From NCBI GenBank assembly GCA_002719295.1, contig PBHC01000007.1:37793-99153 (forward strand): a DNA stretch of 61,361 nt, written 5' to 3'. Each line of letters begins with the position of its first letter. Position 1 is the first letter of the stretch. Shown here in pieces: positions 29,798-39,482 of this stretch. Below the pieces are notes generated by a model. It saw only the letters and a list, made by a program, of their open reading frames with translations. It ran no database searches and was not told where the DNA came from. The position numbers were made by a program, and so were the translations under genes. This stretch comes from Chloroflexota bacterium. GTDB lineage: Bacteria; Chloroflexota; Dehalococcoidia; Lucifugimonadales; Lucifugimonadaceae.

Positions 29798-31108
29798 ATG
29801 AAGTCATATAAAAAAGTTTTCTCTATATTCTTTAAATATCCAATTTTTTCTGCAGGATTTTTAGTAATTATTTCATTGTTAGGATTATTTGCCCCACTTA
29901 TTGCACCCTATGACCCTTATGTTGCGGATACAAGAGCAAGACTACAAACACCTGGTGTAGTTAGTGGAAAATATAACCTACAAAATTATGATCTTATTAA
30001 ATCAGATGACCAAGTAAGTCAAAAGCCTAGATGGCAGCAATTACTTGAGACTGAGGATCCTAATATAGAAAAACAAATCTTATCCAAAGGAAGTATATCT
30101 ACAATTGAATTTAAGCTTGGCCCTAATTCAAACTTTGTAGATGTAAACAGAAACGGAAATTATTTAGATGAAATTACATTTGATGAATTTTCTAATTGCC
30201 TTGGATTATCACAAAACGAATGCCCTCGACCAAATATTGAATATATAAAAATATACAAAAATGAAAATAGTGGTTATATAGACTTTATTGCTAAAGAAGA
30301 CATTATAGACCATTATAACGATATAATTTCATTGGACTTGAGAGTCATTAGAGAGGATTCAAAAAAATGGCAATGGTGGCCAAGTGGATTATACATTCTT
30401 GGTACCGACACAATAGGAAGAGATTATTTTTCAAGACTAATTTATGGAGCAAGATGGAATCTTACTCTTATGATCTTGACAGGAATAGCGGGAAGCTTAA
30501 TAGGTTCAGGGCTAGGCATTATTGCTGGATGGTATGCTTTTAAGCCAAAATACAGATGGGTGATTGATGAGATAATTCAAAGAGTTGTAGATATCACCAG
30601 TGTAATTCCAATTCTTCTTATCGCAATTATGACTACTTTAATTTTAGGAAATAAAATTTGGATTTTCGCTTTGATTTTGATTTTATTTACATGGCAAAAT
30701 TTTGTAAGAATAATTAGAGCTAAAACATTAAGTTTAAGAAACTTTGATTATATTAATTCTTCTATAGTTTCTGGAGCCAGCTCATTTAGAATTTTCACAA
30801 AACATATTATGCCAGCTCATATTAACGATATTCTAGTAATCGCTACATTTAATTGTTCATTAATTATTTCATTAGAGGCTGTTTTATGTTTTTTTGAAAT
30901 TGCCATACCAAGACACTGGACTGCTTGGGGTAACATAATAAAGTTATCTGTGGAATACTGGGATTGGGGTTGGTGGGATGGAAATTATCCATATAGATAT
31001 CAAACTTACATACCAGTAACACTTGTGATTTTAGTAGTATTTTCTCTAAATTTTCTAGGAGATTGGTTTAGAGACAAACTAGATCCTAAGTTAAGACAAT
31101 TAGAATAA
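29798..31108 (+). CDS. peptide/nickel ABC transporter permease (DppC/OppC-like) with large insertion
   Basis: APLIAPYDP, LGTDTIGRDYFSRLIYGAR, degenerate EAA loop (DYINSSIVSGAS), NFLGDWFRDKLDP. Confidence 0.85.
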   Translation: MKSYKKVFSIFFKYPIFSAGFLVIISLLGLFAPLIAPYDPYVADTRARLQTPGVVSGKYNLQNYDLIKSDDQVSQKPRWQQLLETEDPNIEKQILSKGSISTIEFKLGPNSNFVDVNRNGNYLDEITFDEFSNCLGLSQNECPRPNIEYIKIYKNENSGYIDFIAKEDIIDHYNDIISLDLRVIREDSKKWQWWPSGLYILGTDTIGRDYFSRLIYGARWNLTLMILTGIAGSLIGSGLGIIAGWYAFKPKYRWVIDEIIQRVVDITSVIPILLIAIMTTLILGNKIWIFALILILFTWQNFVRIIRAKTLSLRNFDYINSSIVSGASSFRIFTKHIMPAHINDILVIATFNCSLIISLEAVLCFFEIAIPRHWTAWGNIIKLSVEYWDWGWWDGNYPYRYQTYIPVTLVILVVFSLNFLGDWFRDKLDPKLRQLE

Positions 31109-31142
31109 AGGTTTTTTATGATAATATTCTAAAAAACAATAT

Positions 31143-31568
31143 TTGAAAGCAATTATGGAAAATTATGAAAAAGAAGCGATTGATGCTGCTCTTCATTGGA
31201 ATGAAGAAGGTTTTAACAAGCGAAATAAGAAAATCACTTTAGAAGGTTTGCACTTCCCTCATATTAGATTATGGGAAAACAAATTTTCTATATTTGAAAA
31301 TGAAAATGAATTCTTAAATGGATACGACATTCAGACAGAAGGATTAAAAGAAGAAGGATGGGATCACACAGTTACTTTAGATATAAAAGCTGTTCAATCT
31401 GAAAAAGAAAAAGTACATCTTTTAATACATCAATCTAGAAGAGATAAAAATGGAAAAGAGTATCATAATTTTCAAACACTTTGGATAATGACTAAAATTA
31501 ATGGGAGATGGGGAATTCAATTTAGATCATCTTTTCTTGAAGGGGCATCTCAAACTAACTATAAATAA
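31143..31568 (+). CDS. NTF2/SnoaL-like hypothetical protein
   Basis: FN...LHFPHIR, GWDHT, KVH, LWIMTKINGRWGIQFRSSF. Confidence 0.65.
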   Translation: MKAIMENYEKEAIDAALHWNEEGFNKRNKKITLEGLHFPHIRLWENKFSIFENENEFLNGYDIQTEGLKEEGWDHTVTLDIKAVQSEKEKVHLLIHQSRRDKNGKEYHNFQTLWIMTKINGRWGIQFRSSFLEGASQTNYK

Positions 31569-31572
31569 TAAT

Positions 31573-32349
31573 TTAGTACCACAAAAAATCAGTAAATCCT
31601 GTTTCAAAAATCAGATCCGAACCTAGCATAATACCTAGAATTATACTTAATATACCCGCTAGTGAAATCAAAGAATTTTCAAATACTCTTGATTCCGATT
31701 TGATTCTAAATGGAGCTGAAAAAAGCAAAGTCATAAAAGACATAGAAATTATGGTACCTATACAAAAGAAAAATAAGTACAAAATCCCTGAAGTAAAAGT
31801 TGGGCTCGTAGGAAGAATAGCGAGTAACACTGCTGCACTACCAGCTAATCCATGAATAAATCCAATCAAATATGATTTTTGTCTAAAAAATGGTACAAAG
31901 TCAGAAAAAATATTATGACCATGATCTTTTTTATGGTCATTTATTTTTTCATGTGCATGATTATTATGTAAGTGAGTATGGCTTATACCATCATGATCAT
32001 GTAGATGAATATGCAAATTTCCTTTGTAAAGTTTCCAGAAAACTTGAATCCCCAAAAATATCAACATCACAGAAACTAAAATTTCAAAATAAGTAGAAAT
32101 AGGCTCATATACATCAAAAAAAATATCTTTAAATAATAAAACTGAAATTCCAATTAATATAAGTGGTGTTGAATGGCCTAAGCCCCAAGAGATTCCAATC
32201 CATAAATTTTTAAAATATTTATTATAATCTCTAGACAAAGTAGATATAGCTACAATATGATCCCCATCAATAGAGTGCCTGAGACCTAATAAAAACCCAA
32301 CTAAAATAGCTGAGAAAATTCCAGAGATTTCTAAAACTTCATGTTCCAT
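31573..32349 (-). CDS. nickel/cobalt transporter (NiCoT / UreH-like)
   Basis: LGLRHSIDGDH (HX4DH-type), WGLGHS, His-rich loop HIHLHDHDGISHTHLH, HGLAGSA. Confidence 0.85.
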   Translation of the reverse strand: MEHEVLEISGIFSAILVGFLLGLRHSIDGDHIVAISTLSRDYNKYFKNLWIGISWGLGHSTPLILIGISVLLFKDIFFDVYEPISTYFEILVSVMLIFLGIQVFWKLYKGNLHIHLHDHDGISHTHLHNNHAHEKINDHKKDHGHNIFSDFVPFFRQKSYLIGFIHGLAGSAAVLLAILPTSPTFTSGILYLFFFCIGTIISMSFMTLLFSAPFRIKSESRVFENSLISLAGILSIILGIMLGSDLIFETGFTDFLWY

Positions 32350-32412
32350 AGATTATAGAAAAGTTTAACATTGATATCATAATAACAAATCAAATAAAAT
32401 TATTTATTTAAA

Positions 32413-32592
32413 ATGATCAGATATAAAATAATTTTATTCTTTTTAATAATGATTGGTATATCTTATTTATTAGAAAGAATTACTAGAGATAAGTTTGAAA
32501 ATAGGCCAAGATTAAAATTTATTATTTTTTCTTCTTTGGTAGCAACTATTGCATTTATAATTGGATTTATTCTTTTCTACTTAGTATCTTAG
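32413..32592 (+). CDS. possible 59-aa two-TM membrane protein
   Basis: MIRYKIILFFLIMIGISYLLERITRDKFENRPRLKFIIFSSLVATIAFIIGFILFYLVS*, just below the ORF-track cutoff. Confidence 0.5.
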   Translation: MIRYKIILFFLIMIGISYLLERITRDKFENRPRLKFIIFSSLVATIAFIIGFILFYLVS

Positions 32593-32632
32593 TTGATGGA
32601 ATAAAGAATAATTTAAAGAGGATTTTATTAAA

Positions 32633-33781
32633 ATGAAAATAACAGATATAAAAATTTTCAAGATGTCGGCACCTGCCTGGCATAAAGCTGATACTAATAA
32701 CTGGCTTTTTGTTAAAATCTATACTGATTCTGGAATTCATGGTGTAGGAGAAGGAAGCTTACAGTATAAAGATGCAGCACTAGAAGCTGAAATACTGGAT
32801 TTTGGAAAATTCTTGATAGATAAAGATCCTTTTCAGATTGAGTATATTTGGAATTCATTATACCGAAGAGTAACATGGACAGGTGGAGCTGTTACTATGA
32901 GTGCTATAAGTGCTATTGATATTGCACTATGGGATATAAAAGGAAAAGCTCTTGATGTTCCTGTATATGAGTTGTTAGGAGGAAAAGTAAGAGAAAATAT
33001 TCCTGTTTACGCTAATGGATGGTTTGAAGGATTAAGTACTCCAGAAGAACACTCTAAAGCATCTAAAGGAATTGTAGATTCTGGATATAAATGCCTAAAG
33101 TTTTATCCTTTTATAGGGAAATATAGTATAGAAAATGAAAATCTAAATAAAGGTGTCGAGTTAGTTAAAGCAGTTAGAGATGCTGTCGGAGAAAATATAC
33201 AAATAGGAATAGACATAAGAGCAAGATTAGATTATGGAAGTGCACTTAAAGTTTTAAATAAACTTAAGCCTTATGACATCTCTTGGGTTGAAGAGCCAGT
33301 TCAATTTGATAATGTAGATGTATTAGGGAAACTAGCCCAAAAAACAGAAATCCCTATATCTACTGGAGAACAACTTTATAACAAATGGGAATATCAAAAA
33401 CTTTTTGAACAAAAATCTATTTCAATAATTCAACCAGATATTTGCCATGCAGGAGGATTATCAGAATTAAAGAAGATTTCTTCAGCTGCAGAAACATATT
33501 ATGTAAGTGTAGCACCGCATAATTCAAATGGACCTATTTCAACAATTGCAAGTCTTCATTTAGACATGAGTATTCCAAACTGCTATAAACAAGAAATATT
33601 CGTAAGCTATCTAGAGGGTTATAAAAAAATACTAACAAATAACTTGATCATTGAGGATGGTTTTTCTGCTCCTCCAGTTGGACCTGGTTTAGGTACTGAT
33701 ATAAATGAGAAAGCTCTAGAAGAATTTCCTGTATCTGATTATATTCCTGTAGAATCAGAACCTTATAAAGATTTCTTTTAA
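32633..33781 (+). CDS. mandelate racemase/muconate lactonizing family dehydratase (DgoD-like)
   Basis: SAIDIALWDIKGK, VYANGW, EEP, TGE, QPD, APHN. Confidence 0.9.
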   Translation: MKITDIKIFKMSAPAWHKADTNNWLFVKIYTDSGIHGVGEGSLQYKDAALEAEILDFGKFLIDKDPFQIEYIWNSLYRRVTWTGGAVTMSAISAIDIALWDIKGKALDVPVYELLGGKVRENIPVYANGWFEGLSTPEEHSKASKGIVDSGYKCLKFYPFIGKYSIENENLNKGVELVKAVRDAVGENIQIGIDIRARLDYGSALKVLNKLKPYDISWVEEPVQFDNVDVLGKLAQKTEIPISTGEQLYNKWEYQKLFEQKSISIIQPDICHAGGLSELKKISSAAETYYVSVAPHNSNGPISTIASLHLDMSIPNCYKQEIFVSYLEGYKKILTNNLIIEDGFSAPPVGPGLGTDINEKALEEFPVSDYIPVESEPYKDFF

Positions 33782-33820
33782 AGTAACTAAAGATGTCATT
33801 AAATTTGACTTTTATTTACT

Positions 33821-34549
33821 CTATTTCATAATCATTTCATCAGGCCAATCAACTGTTATTCCGTCAATCTTAAGGTCTAATAATTTTTTAGCAGATAAAA
33901 CGTCTTTGAATCCCCAAGAGGATATAATAAATTCATTTTTTAATTTGTTTACCATTTCGTCATTTAAAATTTTATAGTACGGAAATATGCCATCAATATA
34001 ATTATTTTTAGCAAATTCTAATATTTGTGAGTTGAGTTCCTTTACAAGAAAACCAACGACTATATCTTTGGAATAATTTCTTAATATTTCAATTTGGTGA
34101 GGATAAAAAGAACAAAATATTATATTTGGATTATCATTTTTAGATTTATAAATTTTATTTTTCCAATAATTACTTTTTGATATAAGTTCCATCACTCTTG
34201 GAACTAATTCAAGATCTTTACCCTTAATTTCAACAACAAAATTAACTTCAGTGTATCTATCTAAAATTTTAGAAAATTCTGGAATTTTAGAGTTTATAAA
34301 TTCTTTAGAAAACCAACTTCCAAAATCTAAGCTTAAAAGTTCATTTAATGTTTTTTCTTTTACTTGACCTAAACCATTACTAGTCCTATCAACAGTTTCA
34401 TCATGAACAATAACAACTTTTTTATCTTTAGTGAGTTGTACGTCAAACTCAATATAATTAATCCCTTTTGAAATAGCCAAATCAAACGAGTCATAAGTAT
34501 TCTCTGGTGCCTTTGCTGATAATCCTCTATGAGCTACTATATAGGTCAT
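33821..34549 (-). CDS. glycerophosphodiester phosphodiesterase family protein
   Basis: AHRG, PENT, EFDVQLTKD, HD, EIK, DGITVDWP. Confidence 0.9.
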   Translation of the reverse strand: MTYIVAHRGLSAKAPENTYDSFDLAISKGINYIEFDVQLTKDKKVVIVHDETVDRTSNGLGQVKEKTLNELLSLDFGSWFSKEFINSKIPEFSKILDRYTEVNFVVEIKGKDLELVPRVMELISKSNYWKNKIYKSKNDNPNIIFCSFYPHQIEILRNYSKDIVVGFLVKELNSQILEFAKNNYIDGIFPYYKILNDEMVNKLKNEFIISSWGFKDVLSAKKLLDLKIDGITVDWPDEMIMK

Positions 34550-34590
34550 TTCTTAGCTTTCTTTATTTTTCGTGATATATTGTTTTTATT

Positions 34591-34938
34591 ATGTTTAATA
34601 ATATATTTAAGACTTTTATAAGTACAATTGCTTTCTTAATATTATGTATTTCAATTTATTTAGCCATATTAGTAAGTTTTGATTTTTTTGATCAAGATCA
34701 TGATTCATTGACGAGAGTACCAATGGATCCCCATATGGATATGATGAAAAGGCCAATGGATCCCCATATGGATATGATGAAAAGGCCAATGGATCCTCGT
34801 ATGGATATGATGAAAAGGCCAATGGATATAAGAGAAATGACAGCGGATGATTATGATTTATTAATCAAACAACTTGAGTTAGAAAAAAAATTTATTGATT
34901 TAGAAATTCAAAGACTCATAACAGAAAAAAATAAATAG
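34591..34938 (+). CDS. membrane-anchored Met/His-rich repeat protein
   Basis: N-terminal TM helix, (PMDPHMDMMKR)x3, C-terminal coiled-coil-like segment. Confidence 0.7.
   Translation: MFNNIFKTFISTIAFLILCISIYLAILVSFDFFDQDHDSLTRVPMDPHMDMMKRPMDPHMDMMKRPMDPRMDMMKRPMDIREMTADDYDLLIKQLELEKKFIDLEIQRLITEKNK
34720..34827 (+). repeat. 33-bp coding tandem repeat, about 3.3 copies
   Basis: CCAATGGATCCCCATATGGATATGATGAAAAGG at 34720 and 34753, at 34786 with 2 substitutions, plus a partial copy at 34819. Confidence 0.95.
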
Positions 34939-34947
34939 AAATTATTA

Positions 34948-35871
34948 TTATTTTAAATATTTTTTGTTAACTTTTAATAAATAGGTAAAAGTAGGATTTA
35001 CAAATTGAGTTACTCTAGCTTCTAAAACTTGAGCCAGAAGCATAAATGCCTCTTTTTTATCTATTTTATAATCATTCTCTAACCATAAAATCATTTCAGA
35101 TAAAGCTACTCTAAATGCATCTTCTGCAGGTCTTGCTTGAGCAGTAGTCATTATATAGTCATCATTAATTATTCTTGGCCAAGTCATACCTTTGGGTTTA
35201 GATTCAGAATAACATTTCAACTTAACCGTTCCTCCAGTTTCAATTCCTCCACCTCCAGAAATTTCTCCGTCTCCCTGGATTGCATGCATGTCACCTATGT
35301 GTAATAAAGATCCATCATGATTAATTGGAATTTGAACTTTTGCTCCTGTAGTTATTTCTTGAATATCAAAATTACCTCCCCATTCTCCAGCCCAAGCATT
35401 TCCCCTAGCTTCAAATTCTGGAGCCAATCCAACAACTCCTATCATAGGCTTAATAGGAATTGATAATTGTTGATTCCATATTATTTTTTTTTCAATTATT
35501 TTTACTACCTTAAAAACCTCTCCGATAGCTGAAGGTGCTAAGTAAGAAGGAAAAGCTCCTGTTGATCCTCTATATTTTGTATATCCGATATCATGAGTTT
35601 CTATATCTCCAATTTCAACATTTAATATTTCACCTTTTTTAGAATCATTTACCCAAATACAACCAGATGATGGATTCCCTCTATTATCTGGCATAGAATC
35701 ATCGCGATATCTATTAAATATTTCGACTAAATCTTTATCTACATCCTTTGAATCTGGACCTCTATTCATTTGAGTTTCTACTTCAAACCAAATATTTTGA
35801 TCAACTTTATCTGTAACTTTATTATGAGGAGAATGTTCTCGATATAGAATTTTTTTTGAAATTTTCTTCAT
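34948..35871 (-). CDS. acetamidase/formamidase family protein
   Basis: PMIGVVGLAP, GGNFD, IGDMHAIQGDGEISG. Confidence 0.85.
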   Translation of the reverse strand: MKKISKKILYREHSPHNKVTDKVDQNIWFEVETQMNRGPDSKDVDKDLVEIFNRYRDDSMPDNRGNPSSGCIWVNDSKKGEILNVEIGDIETHDIGYTKYRGSTGAFPSYLAPSAIGEVFKVVKIIEKKIIWNQQLSIPIKPMIGVVGLAPEFEARGNAWAGEWGGNFDIQEITTGAKVQIPINHDGSLLHIGDMHAIQGDGEISGGGGIETGGTVKLKCYSESKPKGMTWPRIINDDYIMTTAQARPAEDAFRVALSEMILWLENDYKIDKKEAFMLLAQVLEARVTQFVNPTFTYLLKVNKKYLK

Positions 35872-35872
35872 T

Positions 35873-37201
35873 CTATTTAATATTATAATTTGCAATCTCT
35901 ACATTGCTAAATTCTCTCATTGTTTTCAAATATTCATTTTTAGTTAATCTTGGTTTATGTTTTGAAATAACTTCTTTACCAGTAGAAGCTTCATCATACA
36001 ATAAATCTATAATAGTGTATGCCATCATTTTTCCTGCTTCTACTACTGCTAATTCATAATCTTCTACTATAAATCCAGCTGTATGAGCTGAGGCATCTGT
36101 TGCTCCTCCTACATAGGGGTGAATTACAGGCATAAGATGTGCAAGATCACCCATATCTGTAGAACCTCCACCATGATCAAGCTCTTCTGATTTATTTTTT
36201 GTATATTTAAGATTTTTCTTATAAATTTCTTGCAAATTGCTATCATGAAATAGCGGGAAATAACCAGGTAAAGTATTTATTTCAACTTCTGCCCCAACAG
36301 CCATAGCTCCAGCTCTTAAACAATTATCAACTTTTAGATTCGCATTTTTTATAGCATCTAAAGAAGCCCCTCTTACAAAAGTTTCTAGTGTGACTATTTC
36401 AGGGACTTGGTTTACAACTGATCCTCCAAGAGTAATTATAGGATGAACTCTGATATGATGATCGTCATAAAAAGTTTCTCTATTAGCATGAATGTTTGCC
36501 ATAGATAGATTAGCAGCATTTAATGCATTTATTCCAAGATGAGGATCGCCTCCTGCATGAGAAGATTTTCCATGAAATTCAATAAACTTTGCAACTAATC
36601 CGTTACCAGTCCCTCCATAACCAAAACCAGAAAAATTCCCTCTAGCATGAGTCATCATAGAAATATCTATATCATCAAAAATCCCTAATTTAACTAATTC
36701 TTGCTTTCCTCCTAAAAATTCAAATTCACCTTTAGATCTTTGTTCATTTCGCCATTCTATCTCTACATATTCTTCTGATGGGACTGCTATAAAAGAAATT
36801 GAACCAGAAAGGTTGCTCAATACTTCTTTAGAATTTAATGCAAATAAAGTTGCTAACATATTTCCAACTTGAATATGATGGCCACATGCATGAGCTGCAT
36901 TGGTTACTTTATCAGAAAAAGGATGCCCTGGTACAGGAAGTCCATCTAATTCGCCTATAACAGCTATATGGGGACCAGGTTTTGCACCTTTAATTGTCGT
37001 CATTAATCCTGTTATTGCAAGATTATTTACTACTTCCATATTTAAAGATTTTAATACTTCATAAATTTTTTTATTTGTCTTAAATTCCTTATAGCCTGTC
37101 TCTGGCTCTGAAAGTATATCTTTAGATAGTTTTATCGCAATATCTTTTTTTGTATTTAGGTTTTCAGATGATTTATTTTTTAATTCTTCAATAGATAGCA
37201 T
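35873..37201 (-). CDS. M20-family amidohydrolase
   Basis: PETGYKE, GELDGL, HACGH, PSEE, GKSSHAG, GINALNA, STDMGD. Confidence 0.9.
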   Translation of the reverse strand: MLSIEELKNKSSENLNTKKDIAIKLSKDILSEPETGYKEFKTNKKIYEVLKSLNMEVVNNLAITGLMTTIKGAKPGPHIAVIGELDGLPVPGHPFSDKVTNAAHACGHHIQVGNMLATLFALNSKEVLSNLSGSISFIAVPSEEYVEIEWRNEQRSKGEFEFLGGKQELVKLGIFDDIDISMMTHARGNFSGFGYGGTGNGLVAKFIEFHGKSSHAGGDPHLGINALNAANLSMANIHANRETFYDDHHIRVHPIITLGGSVVNQVPEIVTLETFVRGASLDAIKNANLKVDNCLRAGAMAVGAEVEINTLPGYFPLFHDSNLQEIYKKNLKYTKNKSEELDHGGGSTDMGDLAHLMPVIHPYVGGATDASAHTAGFIVEDYELAVVEAGKMMAYTIIDLLYDEASTGKEVISKHKPRLTKNEYLKTMREFSNVEIANYNIK

Positions 37202-37242
37202 AATATCCTCTTTTCTAATACGAGTTTACAAGAATTTTTTAT

Positions 37243-38415
37243 TTAAACAATACGCAATTTCTTAGAAGAAATTATAGCAATAATAAAAATCGGATAACTA
37301 GATATTCCACTTATTATAAGAGCTATTTGTGCATTTGTAATATCTGAAATTACCCCCCCAACTAACCAACCTATAAAAAATAACTGAGTAACAAACTGAT
37401 ATAAGGCCATAATTTTATTCCGATCTTTATCATTTGTCTCATTTTGAAAAATAAGGTTCGCAGCTACTACCCAATATGCAGCACTAAAGCCCATTAAAAA
37501 TAAAAGTACTATAGATAAGTAATAATTTGCAGAAAATGCAAAAATAATTTGTCCAATATCCCAGCCAATTGTAGAGAGAATTAAAACAAGTATTTTACTT
37601 CTAAAAACTCCCGTATAAAAAGATAGAATCGTTCCCAAAAATATACCTGCTCCATTAACTGCAAAAAAAATCCCGAAACCTGTAGCACCAACCCCGAAAT
37701 CATTAGCATATTGAGGCAATACTATAAAAATAGTAACTCCAAAAATAGACTGAATTGATACGATTATAGACATCCAAAATATAACCGGGTTTTGTTTTAA
37801 TATTTTTGAGTAAGAATCATAAATATTTTTATCTTTTTGATTTTTCAATTGCTTGTCTTCTGGAAAATAGTTGATTAGAAAAATTGCAATTATAATTATG
37901 AAGCATGCAAAAGATATGAAGTGATTTGAACTAAAATTAGCAATAAAAAATGCAAAAATAAGAGGAATTATCATTTCACCAAAAAATTGAAATGAGTAGA
38001 AATAAGAATTAATCCAACTTAAATTATTTTTACCAAAGGTATTAATAACAATAGTCCAGAAAGGCGGAGATGGAACACCCATTATAATTCCAAATAAAAA
38101 GCTTAGAATTAATAGATTGTAGATATTTTTATAATCAATTATAAAAAATAAACCAAACATTAATAAAATAACTATATATGAGTAAAACATTATTTTGTTT
38201 ATGTTATATCTCTCAGACAGGTAGGAACCTAAAAAAGAAGACAATAATATTGGTGTAGAGCCTACTCCAAGTACTATACCTACCCATAAATCTTTTTGAG
38301 TAATTTCATAAGCTAACCAGCTAAAAAATAAAACTCTCATTTGAAGAGCATATTGAAGGAGGTTTTTAGATAAAACTAACGCATTTAAATTTTTATTTTT
38401 GAATAAAGAGTTCAT
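37243..38415 (-). CDS. MFS transporter
   Basis: About 12 hydrophobic segments; GSYLSERY, RNKIMA. Confidence 0.8.
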   Translation of the reverse strand: MNSLFKNKNLNALVLSKNLLQYALQMRVLFFSWLAYEITQKDLWVGIVLGVGSTPILLSSFLGSYLSERYNINKIMFYSYIVILLMFGLFFIIDYKNIYNLLILSFLFGIIMGVPSPPFWTIVINTFGKNNLSWINSYFYSFQFFGEMIIPLIFAFFIANFSSNHFISFACFIIIIAIFLINYFPEDKQLKNQKDKNIYDSYSKILKQNPVIFWMSIIVSIQSIFGVTIFIVLPQYANDFGVGATGFGIFFAVNGAGIFLGTILSFYTGVFRSKILVLILSTIGWDIGQIIFAFSANYYLSIVLLFLMGFSAAYWVVAANLIFQNETNDKDRNKIMALYQFVTQLFFIGWLVGGVISDITNAQIALIISGISSYPIFIIAIISSKKLRIV

Positions 38416-38465
38416 AAAAAGAAAATCCTCAAGGTTCGAATCTGAGGGGCAAATCTTGAGGATTA
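38416..38465 (-). ncRNA. candidate ~50-nt hairpin RNA / attenuator leader of the MFS-amidohydrolase operon
   Basis: AATCCTCAAG / CTTGAGGATT stem, CCCCTC loop, then TTCTTTTT directly before the ATG. Confidence 0.5.
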
Positions 38466-38470
38466 ACTAA

Positions 38471-38499
38471 ATGTTATTATTTCCCAAAAAACCCGTCAA
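38471..38499 (-). promoter_or_regulatory. putative sigma70-type promoter
   Basis: Minus strand TTGACG (38499-38494), 17-nt spacer, TAACAT (38476-38471). Confidence 0.6.
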
Positions 38500-38564
38500 A
38501 GAGATTGTCAAAACTTATAATAATAATGATATTAATAAAATAAATATAAATAAAGTAGAACCAT

Positions 38565-39482
38565 ATGTTAAATCAAGAATCAAAAAAATACTTAGAAGAA
38601 AGAAAAGTATTAAAAGGCAAACCAATTCAATCACTATCACCTGTAGAAGCAAGGAATCAGTTTAATAAAAATAAAGACGCTTTCCCATTACCTGAAATAG
38701 AAATTTTGAGCGTAGAAAATAAAGAAATATTTATAAATGGAGCAGATATAAATATTAGAATATTTTCAGACTCAAATGATGACAATCTTCCTTTACTTGT
38801 AAATTTTCACGGAGGCGGATGGGTTCTGGGAGACCTTGATGCTGATGACAAAATGTGTCGATACCTTGCTAAAAAATCTAAACATAAAGTGGTTTCAGTA
38901 GATTACAGATTAGCTCCAGAATATAAGTTTCCAACTCCTTTACAAGATTGCTATAAAGCTGTTTCATACATACATGAAAATTATAAAGATTTTAATATTA
39001 ACCCAGATAAAATTTCTATATGTGGAACTTCTGCAGGAGGTAATTTAGCAGCAGCTGTTTCAATGTTATTTCGAGATATAAAAAATGATATGATAAAAAA
39101 CCAAATTCTTTTCACTCCAGTACTAAATAACGACTTTGAAACAAGTTCTTATAATGAATTTTCTGAAGGTTATGGCCTAGAAAAAGAATCTATGATTTGG
39201 TTTTGGAACAATTATATTGAAGGAGATGTATCTAAAGCTAATAAATTTTCAGCTATTATCAAAGATGAAATTAACGATAATTTACCTAAAACATATATCA
39301 TTGCAGCTGAATGTGATGTCTTAAAAACTGAGTCTGAAGATTATCATAAAAATATAAAAGGAAAAGTAGATTCTAAACTAGAAATATATGAAGGTGCATT
39401 GCATGGTTTTAATACAAACATTGGAAGTATAAGTGATTCAAAAAAATGCCTTGATAAAGTTTCAAGGTTTTTAAATTCTTAA
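38565..39482 (+). CDS. alpha/beta hydrolase, hormone-sensitive-lipase-like esterase
   Basis: HGGGW, VDYRLAPE, GTSAGG nucleophile, ECD, HGF. Confidence 0.93.
   Translation: MLNQESKKYLEERKVLKGKPIQSLSPVEARNQFNKNKDAFPLPEIEILSVENKEIFINGADINIRIFSDSNDDNLPLLVNFHGGGWVLGDLDADDKMCRYLAKKSKHKVVSVDYRLAPEYKFPTPLQDCYKAVSYIHENYKDFNINPDKISICGTSAGGNLAAAVSMLFRDIKNDMIKNQILFTPVLNNDFETSSYNEFSEGYGLEKESMIWFWNNYIEGDVSKANKFSAIIKDEINDNLPKTYIIAAECDVLKTESEDYHKNIKGKVDSKLEIYEGALHGFNTNIGSISDSKKCLDKVSRFLNS

Noticed and set aside
34720..34827. 33-bp repeats as a CRISPR array
   Set aside because: Units are head-to-tail with no spacers, are in frame within an ORF, and no cas genes are present.
38433..38443. GGTTCGAATC as a tRNA T-arm or attachment-site remnant
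   Set aside because: No T-stem, acceptor stem or CCA; it is part of a larger hairpin better explained on the minus strand.
38471..38665. 64-aa ORF overlapping the esterase start
   Set aside because: Low-complexity K/N/I-rich translation that overlaps a promoter and a real gene in another frame.
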